From assembly GCA_000934665.2 (NCBI GenBank), contig KZ538946.1, forward strand, positions 1-59,197: a stretch of DNA of 59,197 bases, given 5' to 3'. Positions within the stretch are counted from its first letter, which is position 1. The number at the start of each line of letters is the position of its first letter. The notes beneath the pieces were generated by a model that worked only from the letters and a program-made list of their open reading frames with translations, made no database searches and was not told where the DNA came from. Both the position numbers and the translations under genes were made by a program. Source of the stretch: Catajapyx aquilonaris (taxonomy: Eukaryota). Shown one piece after another: positions 1-14,000 of this stretch.

Positions 1-1019
1 CGCGGCAACAACTGGGAGGGGAACCTCACGATTCTTCTGCCGGAGGAACATTGGTGGTGGTTCCTTTTTACAACAACTATGAGTGCGAGAGAGAGAGGGT
101 GGAATGTAAATGGGAAGCAAAACTCAGACAAAAAAGCCAGCTCATCATTGTCTACACTATTGTAGACCGAATTTCTTTATGAGCGCGACCGTGTGCGCAA
201 CAGTTCGCGCAAATTAGGGGGGTAACAATATGGCGGAATTTTGCGACGTTGCCAAGACGCTTAGAAGCTACTGTGGCAACATTGTCGGAACATTGCGCGA
301 GTGTGGGTGCGCACTCGGTTGCGCTCGCAAAAAAAAATCGGCAATCACTGCAGGCAAAGTTTGTTGGTTACCTATGGGCGACGGGAACGAAATGGGTATG
401 AAAATAAAGGGGCTCGGCTGCTGAGTCATAAATTGAAAAATAAATTGACAACAACGTACAAGCAATTAATGTGAAAAATGTACTTTCACTGAGGTTCTTC
501 CCTGCCCTCCAACCATTCACGTTCCTGTTGTTCTGCCAAAATCAAATCGGCTGGTAATCACTGGCCGGTGTCACTATTACAACCGGAGAGGAACCCATCC
601 CCGCATGAACTTATGGCACCAAAATTCACGGGTGGTGCTGTCTTCGCATTTTTCCTGGACATTGATGATGGTGGTTTTTGCGCAGGCGCGACCGGAGGGA
701 CACTAGCCTCTCGTAATTTAACCCTACTTACAAGGGCGGTGCCTCTAAATCCAGCGGAAAAAAAAGAAACAGGCTGTAAACCTGGAGGGAAAATGACAAG
801 TATTTTGCTCTCTTCCGTTAAAAAAAAAAAAGGATGATTAGTATTGGGAGTCTGTGCCTTTGTTTGTCCACGTAGTACACCACTCGCACGATCCTAAGAG
901 TGGTTTAGTGATACGCCCACCGAACTGTCCGTTATTGTGCGCCGCACACCAACGAACGTTATTGTGGCTTTTCCAAGAGCAATGAACGTTATTGTGGCTT
1001 TGCCAAGAGCAATAGCTGC

Positions 1020-1290
1020 ATTTGGCAACACTGCTCCCCCACTTGGACGTACTGTAGTACGATAGGCCACTACTAGCTGGCGCATATGCTGTCCCTCTGC
1101 ACACTACTGCCACTCTCAGGGAGAAAATAGTACTACATGCACGTTGGTGATGAGCCACCACGCGGACAAAGCCCACCAGGGTGAGTCCCACCCTCTCTGA
1201 CCATATTGCTGAAGAGGGGAAATTAAAACTATATGGTAACTTCTATGCCAGTTGTGGACAGACAGAATAAAGCGGATTAGGTATATAGAT
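1020..1290. repeat. Dispersed repeat, copy A
   Basis: Colinear similarity to 3625-3890 (ttggcaacactg...cccacttg.acgta...ctctcaggg..aaa.tag...tgcacgttggtgatgag...cagacagaataa). Inverted fragment near 27480-27535. Confidence 0.75.
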
Positions 1291-1885
1291 AACGTGTAAT
1301 GCTGCGCAGCGACATGAACACATAAAAATGTAGAAAATGGCGAGAAACGTGTCCGAGTAATGTCATATCACGCTGTGCGAGAAAATGAACCGCTGACCGT
1401 TACATGTCCGGCGGGGCTCGTGCTGTTCTGATTATTATTACAATTTGGACTAGTCATACATCACGGGGGCGAGTATTCATACCCTCAAGGGGTTAAAAAG
1501 GGTGTGCTTGGTCCCGCGATGCAATTGACACATGAGAAATGTGTGTGCAAAAGAGGTGAGAAAGAAAAAGAAAAAAAAACGAAACCCACGCATCATCATA
1601 TCTCCCCTTCACAAGCAACACCTTGAGATCCATGCAAGGACTCGTATCGCTTAATTGAAAAGTCAGGTGCTTTGGAATTGCGATATACCCAGTCTTCGAG
1701 AGTGGTCGTGTCACACCCCGCTGACATGTGAAGTAATCGCGAAAACTGTGGTTCTCACGTAATTAATTGAGGCGCGCGATGGGAACATCCCGAGACGCTG
1801 ACTGGGCGTGATGCCAACCTCAGATGAAGGTGGCTCCTGATTGGCCTACCAGATCACGTGATCTGTCCGATGATTCTGATTGGCC

Positions 1886-2053
1886 GCTGATCACGTGACT
1901 ATAGGCGCGATGCCAACCTCAGATGAGGTGGACTATGCTGATCACGTGACTATAGGCGCGATGCCAACCTCTGATGAGGTGGACTATGCTGATCACGTGA
2001 CTATAGGCGCGATGCCAGCCTCAGATGAGGTGGACTATGCTGATCACGTGACT
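1886..2053. repeat. 51-bp tandem repeat, about 3.3 copies, each containing TCACGTGA
   Basis: gctgatcacgtgactataggcgcgatgccaacctcagatgaggtggactat recurs at 1886, 1937, 1988 and (partial) 2039. Confidence 0.95.
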
Positions 2054-2381
2054 GGATGCTTATGATTGGCCGATTTTTGATCACGTGGCATCAGTGCTAC
2101 CAACGCAACGTGATTGGCCTGCATTGCGATGCTTCTGATTGGCCGAATGATTGTGACGTGAGCGTCCGACGTAAGAGTATCGGAACTTTGTGCTGTGTCA
2201 CCCTGTGCAATATGATGGGTGGCGTCCTGGCATTCGGGGCGTGCGGGTTAGATAAGCGGGTATGATTTACGGAGAGTGTATCATGGCCTAGTCCAAGCGG
2301 AAAACGAGCCCAGAGCTGCAGGTCGGATCCGATTGGATGATGCTTCATGCCTGCTGCATGCCAGCCACTGCTAGGGTAAAA

Positions 2382-2426
<45 letters not shown>

Positions 2427-3624
2427 TCTTTCTTTCTTTTTTATTCCCTTCCAATCTCGGTCATCCCTCCCTTTGGCCAGGGCTCTAACAATGTCGGTCG
2501 TGCTGTGCTGATGGATGGTGATTGTTGGCAATTGGCCGCGCAGCACCGGCCTGAGAAGAGAGAGAAAGTAGACCCGGGTAATTCCCGCGTCACGACTTTT
2601 GCCTCGGGCCAGAATATGTCTCGCTCGTTGCTTGTACAGTACACATTTTGGATGGAAAGGGACTTGGAGACTGGATGGGCAACAACCGAACCCACCCTCC
2701 GGTTCTCTTCTGAACCTTCCAGACTTGCCGAGGCTTAATTGGAACAAATCATGAATCGCCGCCCGGTTTTTGTCGGCCGCGATTGGCCGGCCGCACGCAA
2801 TGAAGTTGATTCCGCATCGCATCACACCCGTGTTTCCCTTTTGTTCACACCTTGCTGCCGAATACCGCTCCCGGGGAGGCTCGGGAATCTCCACAACATG
2901 ATACACACTCGGGAAGTTGCATCTACCGGCGGCCATTTCGGATCCGCCACATGCGCAGTGGGCTCTGCGCAGGCTGCGCGGGACATACTGCGCATGTGGA
3001 TCCAAAATGGCCGTCACTCCTATAGCAATAACTCGTGTCCACTAGACGTTTTTGCGAGTGGCTAGACACGGATAACATCTCTGTTTTGCTGACCTCGGGG
3101 TCACCCCCAGGGCCCTTTTATATCCTGGAGAAATAGGGTGGTAAAATGCGTCGGACAGAAGATCGTACTCGGTGGAGGGCCCTTTAGCTGCACTTTCCAT
3201 CGCAAATATATATACTATCGGCCTCTCCCCGATTATTGAGGCTCTCTTTGCTGTACACACGCCTGCGCCTCCCTCTCCCCTCCTGCCTCCCTCGAGGGGG
3301 GCTCTATCTCTGCAATTACACCCCCAGATTGTTAGCCAAAGACAGGGGGGCCTAACGACCAGCCTCTTCACAATGGCGAGGTTAATGCTCATAATCACGG
3401 CAAAGAGGCCATGTTCTAATTAATAGCCCCCGACGTTATAAACGCGTCGGGAGGAGCAGGAGGAGAGGGAGGGAGGGGGATAATCGGATTTTCCTTTTGC
3501 CTCCTCCTCCCTCCACCTCTCAAAGAGAACTTGGCTCCGCTTGCCTCTGGCACACACATCAAAAACCGCATGAAAATCACTCGCTTCGCTCACCACTAAC
3601 TTAGTAGCGAACATATTGCCATAA

Positions 3625-3890
3625 CTTGGCAACACTGGCCCCTCACTTGAACGTAGTACGATATGCCACTACCAGTTGTCGCACAGGCACTGCCGCTCTC
3701 AGGGGGAAAGTAGCACTCACTGCACGTTGGTGATGAGTCACCCACCAGGGTGCGTGTCTCGCCCCAGTTGAAGTGTGTCCCACCCTCGCTGACCGCTAAT
3801 TGTTGAACAGGGAAAGTGAAAACTACGGTAACTATACTACAGACGGACATATAAGCAGACAGACAGAATAAGGAGATTAGTAGTATGATA
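3625..3890. repeat. Dispersed repeat, copy B
   Basis: Diverged direct copy of 1020-1290. Confidence 0.75.
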
Positions 3891-4509
3891 GCGTTAATTA
3901 AAACCCGAATTTTTTTCCCCTCGCCCGCCGTTTTGTTGTTGGGTAAATTTTTGGACATCCCTGAGGCGCGAATCAATCTGCAGGCGTCTGGAAAAGGCGA
4001 AAAAGCAGCAACACCCAGAAGTCATTTGCAAGTTTTTGAGCCCGGGCATTTTCTTTCAGAGGGGGAGGAGGAGGAGAGAAGCCGCGGAGAGGGGGGGGGG
4101 GACTGAAAATTTTAATATAATGCATTTGTTGCTTCGCGCCCAAGAAAAAGAATATGAGACTTGGAAACAAAAATGAAGGGGAAAAAAAAGACTTTTAGGA
4201 AAATTGGTGGGGAAACGAAAAGAAGGGGTGAAAAAAAATAAAAATAAAGTGGGCGAAATTGGAGGATTGAGGGAGGGGTTGAGGTCACGCCTGGGGGTGA
4301 AAGGGGGTCAAAACTTTGGCGAAAAAGAAGTGACCACTTTGCTGCTGCCCAGGAGGATCCAGCTGGAGGAATAACCTGTTTTCTCTTTTGAGAAGTGGTG
4401 AGGGGGGGAGCGAAAGAGATAAGTGCACCACGCCGATGTTTTCAAGGGAGGGAAATGACCGAGCGACGACCTCGGGACGTGATGAGGCGTCACAGGACCC
4501 CGCCCCCCG

Positions 4510-4532
4510 TGACCTATGACCTGATCTGACCC
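4510..4532 (-). promoter_or_regulatory. Perfect DR1 nuclear-receptor element plus a third half-site
   Basis: TGACCT-A-TGACCT (4510-4522), then TGACCC at 4527-4532. Function is inferred. Confidence 0.45.
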
Positions 4533-7295
4533 AAGTGGAGCACCCGATCGAAATTTGGCCAATTGATGAAATATTGGGCAATAGGAGCTAACGAACGTTA
4601 TTGTGGATTTGCCACGGCGAGATTGCACTGCGTAGTAAAGATCTGCTCTTTTTTTTGCTTAATTACAATAATAATGAGGCGGAAGGAGGCCGTATGTTTT
4701 GAATAAAGGTAGTGATTGGATCCCTGGAGTGAGAAACCTGCCGTCTTGCACACAATATATTTTGTGTACAGACTTTCGTGGATGAGTTTGCAGAAAACTA
4801 GTTCGGAACAATAGAGCTGTCGGCCAATTAATGAAGTTGTTGCGACACTTACTTATTACCTATTTTTTTTTCGTAGTGGACGCTAATCCTTCGATTCTGG
4901 TTTCATGGAGAAATTTGCTTGCAGACTTGGTTTATTTGTTGGGTTTGTCCGACGTGAGCCACACTGGGTCGTCACTGATAAGCCTAATCGAAACTAGGTG
5001 GGGAGGGGGATGACGCCGCTAAGGAATCATCACACTAAATAAGGTTTGCGGCGCCGACACAAATTTTCAGCGGTTCAAACAGTTGGCAAGTTTTTTCCCT
5101 TTTATTAGCCCCACCCCAACCACCCACCCAAACTCTTTTCCTACCCGAGGCATACCCTTTGTCACCCCTTTGCCTAAAATTTTGTTTCGAAATTTTTGCT
5201 TCACCTCACTCCCTTGGCATGGCTAATGGGCGTGATTGTCTTGCAATCCAATTTGCGCTGATGAGGTTCACGCGCCGGTGGCGACCACAAGCGGCGCATG
5301 TCGGAAGTCGGTTTGAAGGTGTCCCCCCTCCCTTAAACCGACCGACTCTAATTTGATTAGCACGTTGGGGCCCGGGGATCGAAGCCAGGACTGTGAGAAA
5401 GAAAATGCCGTCATCAGTCACCAAAAAAAGAGGAACGTCATTGGAGGAAAGCTTCCGGCTTCCGTCCAATGGCAGCCCCTGGCTTTTATGTGCTGTACCG
5501 GGGAATACCCGCCGTTCTGTCCCAAATGATGAAAAATGACAGCTTCACACTGTTTGTCAACCGGCTTATCACGACATTGTTGCACAAAAGGGGACGGGGA
5601 TTTTTTTTTCTCTCTCTGGCAAAACACAGATTGAGAGCCGATAATTTACCGGCTGCGAGCGAACATTTGCGTGGGAATAATTGCGCCAATTACATCCACA
5701 ATCCGGCCTGCTAATTGCCAGTTTCTTAAAGAGCAATAGGTGCTATCGAGCATGCACCGGCAGAAAAAAAAAGTTTATAAAATATTTTATCGGCTAGTTA
5801 GCAGTTCTTTCTGATCAGCCTGGCTGCTTCTTTTGCTGATCTTAATGAAGTTGTCTTTCCAAGTTTCTTCCTCGGGGAGAGTATTTTTGCTTAATGGCTA
5901 TACTCCTATAGCAAGTCCAGCAGCTTTTCGTGATTCCTCTTGGAGGGGAAAAAGCAGGCGGGAAACATGCCACTTAGGATGTCAGGATCTCCCTTCTCAA
6001 AATGTCCTCCACTTCTTGATGCAACTCTCTGATATATACAAGCAATCAGCTCTTTTAAAGCTTTTGAAGTTTTAGAAGGGAGATGAAGGAGAGAAAAAAA
6101 AGTTTGAGAGCCGAGCCCTCACACCATCTCTGCTGTCAATTATGACACTCATTTGCATGGTGTCCCAGCTACTGAATCAACGCTTAGGCCCTCGCATATC
6201 TTTGCATATTTCATCCAATCACACTCTCTTTCCGGTCACCTTCGCTGCTTCTGAAACAGACGATTGTAAAAGCGGTAGCATGATCATGCAACAACTTATT
6301 GCACAAATTATTCAGCTGCGTCTGTACAGGGTGTTCCGTTAAAAAAAATTAAGAGGGGGGGTTGTCAGGCGGTGTCTTGAACCGAATTAGAGGCGGTGAC
6401 AAGCAATGGCGCAGATTAGCACGGAAAGGCTTGTCTTTGCTCGCCATCGCCCGTAATTATTATTCCGGTCTGAGCGTAATCAAGTCACAGGGTGTGTGCA
6501 CCCACTGGAAGCAAGGGGCTTCTGCCAGGCTAAAAGGCAAGGTCGATACACATTGTTTCGAGAGGCGAGACTGTCACGCCTTATGCACAACTTTGCTGTA
6601 TAGTGTGTCTGAGAGTCAATAAAACTCGAGCCGGATTTTTCTTTTTAGTAGTTCAGGTTTCGGACAAATGGTGCGAAAAGTGTAGTTGTTAACTCTTTCG
6701 CAATGTCCATTTGTCATGCTCGTATAGTATACAGGGGGAGTCTTCTAACCCGTTCCTCTCTGCCACCCTTCCCTGAACTCATTCCCTACATTCTATGGAA
6801 CCGCAGATAAATGCAAGGCCGAATATTCCTGTGGTATTTACCCCGCAACTTCACGGAATGCAGATTGTATGCTGCTTTTCTTACTAAGAATAAATAGTAC
6901 GTATATGAAGCAGAAGGTTTGTTGGTATTTATGATGCGGCTACCTAACTCACTTCCGTATCACTGAGAGTGCTGAAACTGACGTCTGATTTAGGGGAATA
7001 GCCGAAAACTGCAATTTTTAAGAGTCTAAATACACAAAAATTCTGTGATGTCCTTTGACTATAGATGGGGGGGGGCGATTAACAATGTCATCCACCACCG
7101 CAGGCCGCAGGCCTAGAAAAAAGCGAGCGAAACAAGGGTTTTTAAAAGTGTCTTTATTATATTCTTAATCCGTGCCGGTTGTTTTCTCTGTGGTCTTCCA
7201 GTAGGCAAGAATGCAGATAGGGCTTTTTTTCCCTAAGCAACAATGACTCATGTGATTTTATTTCTTTCTTTTGTGTTTTTTCTCTCTCTGAATAG

Positions 7296-7445
7296 GATGC
7301 AAGAGCTTCTTCAAGCGCAGCGTCCGCAGGAACCTGAACTACTCGTGCCGGGGCAGCCGCAACTGTCCGATAGACCAGCACCACCGCAACCAGTGCCAGT
7401 ACTGCCGGATGAAGAAGTGCCTGAAGATGGGCATGCGCAGGGAAG
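7296..7445 (+). CDS. svp: COUP-TF/seven-up (NR2F) exon: end of zinc finger 1 (P-box) and zinc finger 2 of the DNA-binding domain
   Basis: After ...tctgaatag it translates as (G)[49 protein letters not shown](A), the NR2F DBD. GT donor at 7446; phase 1 at both ends. Not in the ORF track in this frame. Confidence 0.97.
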
Positions 7446-7687
7446 GTGGGTCTCCCCGCCCTGCCCAGAGTCTCTCCTGGGCCACCGCGCCCCTCCCGAT
7501 GATGCAGGGGCCCTGGGGGGGCGCCCGGGGACCCCCGTCTTTCCCCGGTGGGTCCCGCCGCCCCACCCCCTAACGCAACAACGCGCCCGGGGGCAAGCCC
7601 GGGGGGCGGCCCCCGGGCGCGTTGCTGCCCCGACCAGGCCGACATCTTTGCGCTAAATAGGTAAACAATCGGTATTTGATGCTGGAC

Positions 7688-7927
7688 ATTAATGTTGTCG
7701 TACTGGTAGCGCCACGAGCTGGTGGCGGAAAAAGAGCGAATCGAAAGTTACCCTCCGTATGACCACCTTCACTAGATCGCGAGCGAAACGAGGGTTTTTT
7801 TCTAGGCCTGCGGTTAGAGAAGCACTCGCTTCACTGGCGTTCTAGTGAAGGTGGGTCATCCGGATGGCAAATTCGGATTCGTTCTTTTTCCGCCATCGGC
7901 TCCTTGCGCCACAAGTACGACATTAAT
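7688..7927. mobile_element. MITE-like element with imperfect terminal inverted repeats
   Basis: attaatgttgtcgtactggtagcgcc ... gcgccacaagtacgacattaat. Relative at 45451-45645; fragments at about 7075-7143 and 11683-11757. Confidence 0.7.
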
Positions 7928-8111
7928 TTCCACCACTGTACACCACCGATCTTGATATGTAAATGACTTGGGTTTACGTGCGATTGAAACCTGTTCGGCC
8001 TGATCGGAGCGCGCGTTTGTCGTGTGTGTAGCCCAGTTTGTGTGTGCAGGTGTGGACCAAAAATGGCGGCACCCACGCGCGGATTTCATACTCGTGCACA
8101 TTTGTGTTGGA

Positions 8112-8192
<81 letters not shown>
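8112..8192. repeat. (ATT)n microsatellite
   Basis: About 27 perfect ATT units; source of the poly-I/Y/L/N ORFs. Confidence 0.99.
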
Positions 8193-8874
8193 GCAAACTG
8201 TACACGCCTGCACGCACATTTCCTCGTCTGTGTCTGTCTGATGTCGTACACTGTAGATTAGCTGCGTTTTAGTTGTCGGGTCGACTTTATCTCACAAGTG
8301 CGCCAGCTGGACACTAAATTTTCAGGGTCAAAAATATGGGCATTGCAAGTGACGTCAGGACCCAGTTAAGCACCTATTGTTTCTAACGAAATGGCCTCCC
8401 CCACATATTTTTTGTGCGCAAAATCGTCACCCACATAATTATTATATAAACAGGACTCACCCTAGCAACCAGTTGCTGGGACATGAGCCTGTCTAAAAAC
8501 CGTGTGACCTTGTGACCTCCCGGCGTGGGTGGACTGGAATCTGGTTTCCGGATTCCGGGTCACTTGGTTGCACTAAAAACCCGAAACCCTCGGGTACACT
8601 CCGGGTCTGTCTCCCCCACCACCCAACAACCCAAAGTCCCAAGATCACCATCCAGGCCCCCAAGAAAAGGGGGGGGCCCGCGGGTCGGCTTCTTGTGCAC
8701 TGGCAGCGTGGGAAAGACCCTTCGGCGGGTCGCTCACAGTTGCCAGATTGACCTATCCGCATTCTTTGCAGGGGAGCCCTCCATCCCCCCGAACAAAAAA
8801 AAATTATAAGCTCTTGAAACGCACAGGTGGAAGTCATACCGTCAAGTAAAAGGGTCGTCGACTATACCTGCTGG

Positions 8875-9580
8875 ATTGTGACACCTGTCACCCTGTGGTG
8901 AAGTCGGAAGTCGACAGGGTGACAGGTGCAGCATTTGTCGCACACAGGTGCAGATATCTTCATCTGGTATCTCCGTGCGACTAGTGTTGTCAGGAATGCC
9001 AATACTGCAGCGGTACCAGGTGCAGATATATTCATCTGGTACTCTGCAATATTGGGTAAACATGTCGCACAGAGCTACCAGATGCAGATATTTTCACCTG
9101 GTACTCTGCAATATTGGGTAAACATGTCGCACAGAGCTACCAGATGCAGATATTTTCACCTGGTACCTCTGTGCGACAAATGCTGCACCTGTCACCTTGT
9201 CGAGTTTCGACCTATGTGCGACCACTGTTGTCAGGAGTGCCAATATTTCAGAGGTACCAGATGGATATGCTATATCTTCACCTGGTACCGCTGCAGTATT
9301 GGGATTCCTGACAACACTGGTCGCACAGAGGTACCAGATGAAGATATTTTCACCTGGTACCACTGTGCGACAAATGCTTCACCTGTCACCCTGTTGGCTT
9401 TCGACCTATGTGCGACAAGTGTCGTCAGGAGTGCCAATATTTCATAGGTACCAGATGGCATCTGCATCTGGTACATCTGAAATATTGGCACTCCTGACAA
9501 CACTTGTCGCACAGAGGTACCAGATGAAGATAATCTGCACCTGGTACCTCTGTGCGATAAATGTCAGGAGTGCCAATGTG
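8875..9580. repeat. Complex array of direct and inverted modules
   Basis: Modules gtcgcacagaggtaccagatg, tcacctggtacc and gtcaggagtgccaatat recur in both orientations. Confidence 0.85.
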
Positions 9581-10370
9581 ATCAGAGGTGCCAACCGAAT
9601 TCAAATTGTCATATTGGAAGCAATATGCCAACAGGAATGATGTTGGCTTCTTGTGAATTCCAGTAAGGGGGGGGGGGGGGNATCCCGTTTTGGTGTGTGT
9701 TTTTGATCCTTTGGGATGGAGATATCGAGCGAATGTTGGCAACCTCGCCCGGGCTGTGTGAGCTATGAGCATCCACCTGTTGTGGGGATGGAGGCAGGAC
9801 CGGGTTGTGGCTTTTTGGAAGAGGGGAGAGGGGGGTAGGGGGAGAGAAAAAGGGAAGGTTTGAGACACCCAACTAGGCTCGACCCTGACGACCCCTGCGG
9901 AAGACCCAACAGTGTTGTCACATTTGCAACAATGCTAGGTTTCAAGCTGGCAAAGAGGTCAAAAAGCTGACCATCTCTGGGGGATTCAAGTTGGCTGGCA
10001 TTTTGCTCCCCCACAAACTTTCTGGGAGATGGTAATGGCTGCTAGGGACCCTCCAAAACTGGTTTGTGGTTTGTGGGGTGGGTGGGTTGGCAAAAGGAGC
10101 ACAAAAAAATGTAAAGGGGGGGGGGCTTAGAAGAGGAGGGGTCATGTAACATATATCAGGAAATTCTGGTAGGCTTTGGGAGGGTGACAGGTGGTCCATC
10201 CAATATAGTTGAATGTTTGGTGTGTTGTTGTTTCCGATTCTTAGCAAAAAAGCCGTAAGTGGCACTTGCGGCTTTTTTTTGCAAAGAATCGCAGTTATCC
10301 TACAGTAGTAGCGTAGTAGGTCGACATAAGACCTCGCTCTCTGAGTATGGTTTGTCCGCGTGCACTCCAG

Positions 10371-10642
10371 CGGTGCAACGAGGCCGAGTTCCGCCGACGC
10401 AACCTCCGGGCATCCCGTCGCAGCTAGGCCTGGCCAACGGCGACGTGCTCAACGGACACTCCTACCTCTCCAGCTACATCTCCATGCTGCTCAGGGCAGA
10501 GCCGTACCCTACCTCCAGATACGGCCAGTGTATGCAACCCAACAACATCATGGGCATCGACAACATCTGCGAGCTGGCCGCCAGGCTACTCTTCTCCGCG
10601 GTCGAATGGGCCAGGAACATACCCTTCTTCCCAGACCTACAG
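10371..10642 (+). CDS. svp: COUP-TF/seven-up exon: hinge and N-terminal ligand-binding domain
   Basis: [12 protein letters not shown]...[60 protein letters not shown]. Acceptor ctccag, donor gtcagt; phase matches the previous exon. Confidence 0.97.
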
Positions 10643-10714
10643 GTCAGTCAAAAGCAGTATTATCCGGCCGAGTGCGCACCCACACTCGCGCTTGTGACAA
10701 TCATCATCATCTAA

Positions 10715-11083
<369 letters not shown>

Positions 11084-14000
11084 TGAGCCTCTCTAGATGG
11101 GGGGAGCCAACTCCGGATGAGGGTCAAAGGTCGCGCCTATACCTGGAAATCGGCTTACGAGGCGACGGATTGACCTGACCCTTTTGCTTTTAGCAGCACT
11201 TAAAAATAAATCCGCCTCCGAGCAACTCGTGTTCAGACGCGTCTGGTGCCAACAAACCCCTAGGGACAAGCTGTCTAGCTCTGTACAGGGTGTCATTTAG
11301 TCGTCAGAATTGTGACACACAGCTACAATTCGCGCTTCTTGCAAAATCTATAATATTAAAATCATGTTTGAACGAGACCTGTGATTGGTCTTCCGCATGT
11401 TGTTACCGCGACCCTTCTATTGGCTCGTGTTCTACGCATGCGCAGTGTGTGGAGGCAGCTCCTCTGGTGGGTGGGAGGAATCAAACTATCAATTCGATCG
11501 CTGACGTCCAGATGGTCTACTTCGGGGATTGGAAGGGTTCGGGTCAGCCCCTGAAAGTCCTGAAAAGGAGGGTCTACTTCGCTCTCTCCCCACCCCCTCG
11601 CCACCAGGTTGTTGACAGTCAATAAACAGTTCTTGAAACGTCAGGGTGTGTTGTGATAACTGAGCTGTTCGAACTCGCCAGAGCGATTAACAAAATGATC
11701 TTCCACCACCGTACACCGCAGGCCTAGAAAAAATGAGAGCGAAGAGAGGGTTTTTCCAGTTTATTATGTCGAGTTGGGGCTTTCCACATATATTTTAGGG
11801 GTGATTTGAGCCCTGCGGTGTCGTAACAAGCCGTGTTTAGAAATAGATGGCCTTTGACCCACGCAGAAAGTGACCACCGACTTTTCAGCCGCTTCATAAA
11901 AACTTGGGTGATAATGATGGCGGGTTAGGGGTGAGTTGGAACATTTTCACCCCCCGTTTTGCTTCAGAAATCTGTTGTCTTTTTTCTGCTGGAGAGTTCA
12001 CGTTATGCCCGATATCACCCCCCCTCTCCGTGATCAACAACATTAAAAAAAAAAATGAAACCCCAGAGAGCTAGTGTTGGAGAGAGGTCATGCTCGGAGT
12101 ATCCCCTTTTTGGGCCGTCCAGTGGGCACGTCCATTCGTGGTCCCTTCCCAAAGAGTGAGGTTAATGGCTGGGTTCACCCCCCCCTCCCAGTTTAGAAAA
12201 AGTGTCACCCTGTGGGCCACCTCCGAAAAATCGCGCCTTTCCACGGCCCGGCTGGTTCCGGGCGAACACAAAAGAGTTTTTGGTTAGATATATATATCCC
12301 CCCTCCCACACCCACATCGGAATCCGGACACGAAACGCCCATTTTGACTCAATACGGTCCAGGAGTCCGGATTCTCGCCCGATTGCCCCCCGAAGTTGGG
12401 AGGGTACCCACTTGTCCATTGTCTCTGGTCAGGTATTGTTGGCACGCCCCGTCATATGGACTAACTTCATCCATTTTGCTGCCGACTAAACTCTTCAATT
12501 GTGACCATGGGGGATCAAAAGTTGGGCCGTCCGGTCAAAGGTCATCCGAGTTAGGCTGTGTGTCGTTATACAAAAATTTAAGCTGACAGTCGCCTGAATT
12601 ACGATACACACGATATTTTGGCATAATCTGTGGCCCGGTTGCTACCATGGGAAGAGTAACGATCCTGAGATGCCTAAAGGTCACGGGTGCCCTCCACTAA
12701 ACGGTTTGTGTAAGGCCACTTTTTTATTAGAAGTAGGAACAGCCCACCTGCCCCTCCGGGCTAAAGGGGGTCAGCAAAGGCCAACCACGTGGGGCACCTC
12801 ACAGGTGAAAAACACGTTCTCATCATCTAAGGGTCAGCTCATGTTCTTCCTCATGTGATCATCCGCGACCTTTGACCCTCCTGTGCCTCTGTCCGGTGAG
12901 GCATCACTTAGCGCCATCTATGTGAGGGATGTGGTACTACGCGATCCATGACCACGGTCAACTGGCAGGTGAATCGTCGTTTTTTTTATTTAAAAAAAGG
13001 CGACATATTTTTCTGTCGAATCGTTTTGCCTGGTCCTAAGTCCCTCCCAAATAGTGAGTAAGAGTATAGCAGATGGGGCTGGCTTGGCCTTGACTGCGCG
13101 ATGAAGGCGCTCTTTGTTGGGCCGCCAAGGGGGGAGTGAGGAGGTTAAAAATTTTAGGGGGGAGAGAGAGAGCTCCGGACAGAGTTGCCAGGTCAGGGAA
13201 TATGATTATCCCTCTCCCCTAAATCGGATGCTGGGAAAACCACCGGAGAGAAAAAGAGTTGTACGGATGCTCCGTGTCCTGTAAGATAGGGGGTTAAAAG
13301 GGTGTCAACCTTACATAAGATCAGAGGGTGGCCAACAATGCTTAGTTTGGGAGAAAAATGCGATTCTGTTGTGGAGGTCCGGTCATTTCGTGGCCGCGAA
13401 ATTACTCGAGAACAACCCCTCTTTGTTTTTTCAATGGCGACCTTTCAGAGGGGGGAAAAACACTATTGGCCCCCCTTGTAGGCGAGTAGCCCGACTTGTT
13501 TGGAGATTTGCCTTTATGTCTGGGTCGATTTTCGTTGGAATATATTGATGGGCAAGTATGCAGCATCCGGAGCTTTAGTTTAAGGCAGCATGAGCAGGGC
13601 TATAAAGCCAAGAGAGTATAAGGGAGAAAGGGGGCAATTATGGAAACAAATCGTGGGTGCAAAGGTGTAATTTATCCGTTTGCAAAAGCACGAGGCCTAA
13701 TGCTGCTAACGGCCCCGAAGGAAGGAAGGAGCAGGGATCAAGGGCCCTTCCCTTAATTGAGGAATAGGAAGCCGGTTCGAGGTGGAAGCCAGATATGCAT
13801 ATATTCATTAAGTCTCCCTCTCTCTCTCTCTCTCTCCTTTCCCCCTCACCACCTGTACCACCCTTATTCCTTGCAAGGCCCTCCAAAACCGGCCCTTGTC
13901 CACTATGAGCCTCGCTACATTGGTTTCGCAGCGCTTCATTTCAAAGCGTGTTCGTGGTCATATACTTAAACCGGGCCATATCAACGCGATTTGAAATAAA

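Noticed and set aside
2097..3017. 306-aa minus-strand ORF
   Set aside because: No recognisable domain, runs through a (GA)n microsatellite, and lies antisense in a svp intron.
1..7295. First zinc-finger exon of COUP-TF (C..CGDKSSGKHYG)
   Set aside because: Not found by eye on the + strand; presumably upstream of the window.
7856..8272. Poly-I/N/Y/L ORFs
   Set aside because: Translations of the (ATT)n microsatellite.
8842..9640. Cys-rich repetitive ORFs resembling zinc fingers
   Set aside because: Products of a direct/inverted DNA repeat array that is open in several frames; no C2H2 spacing.
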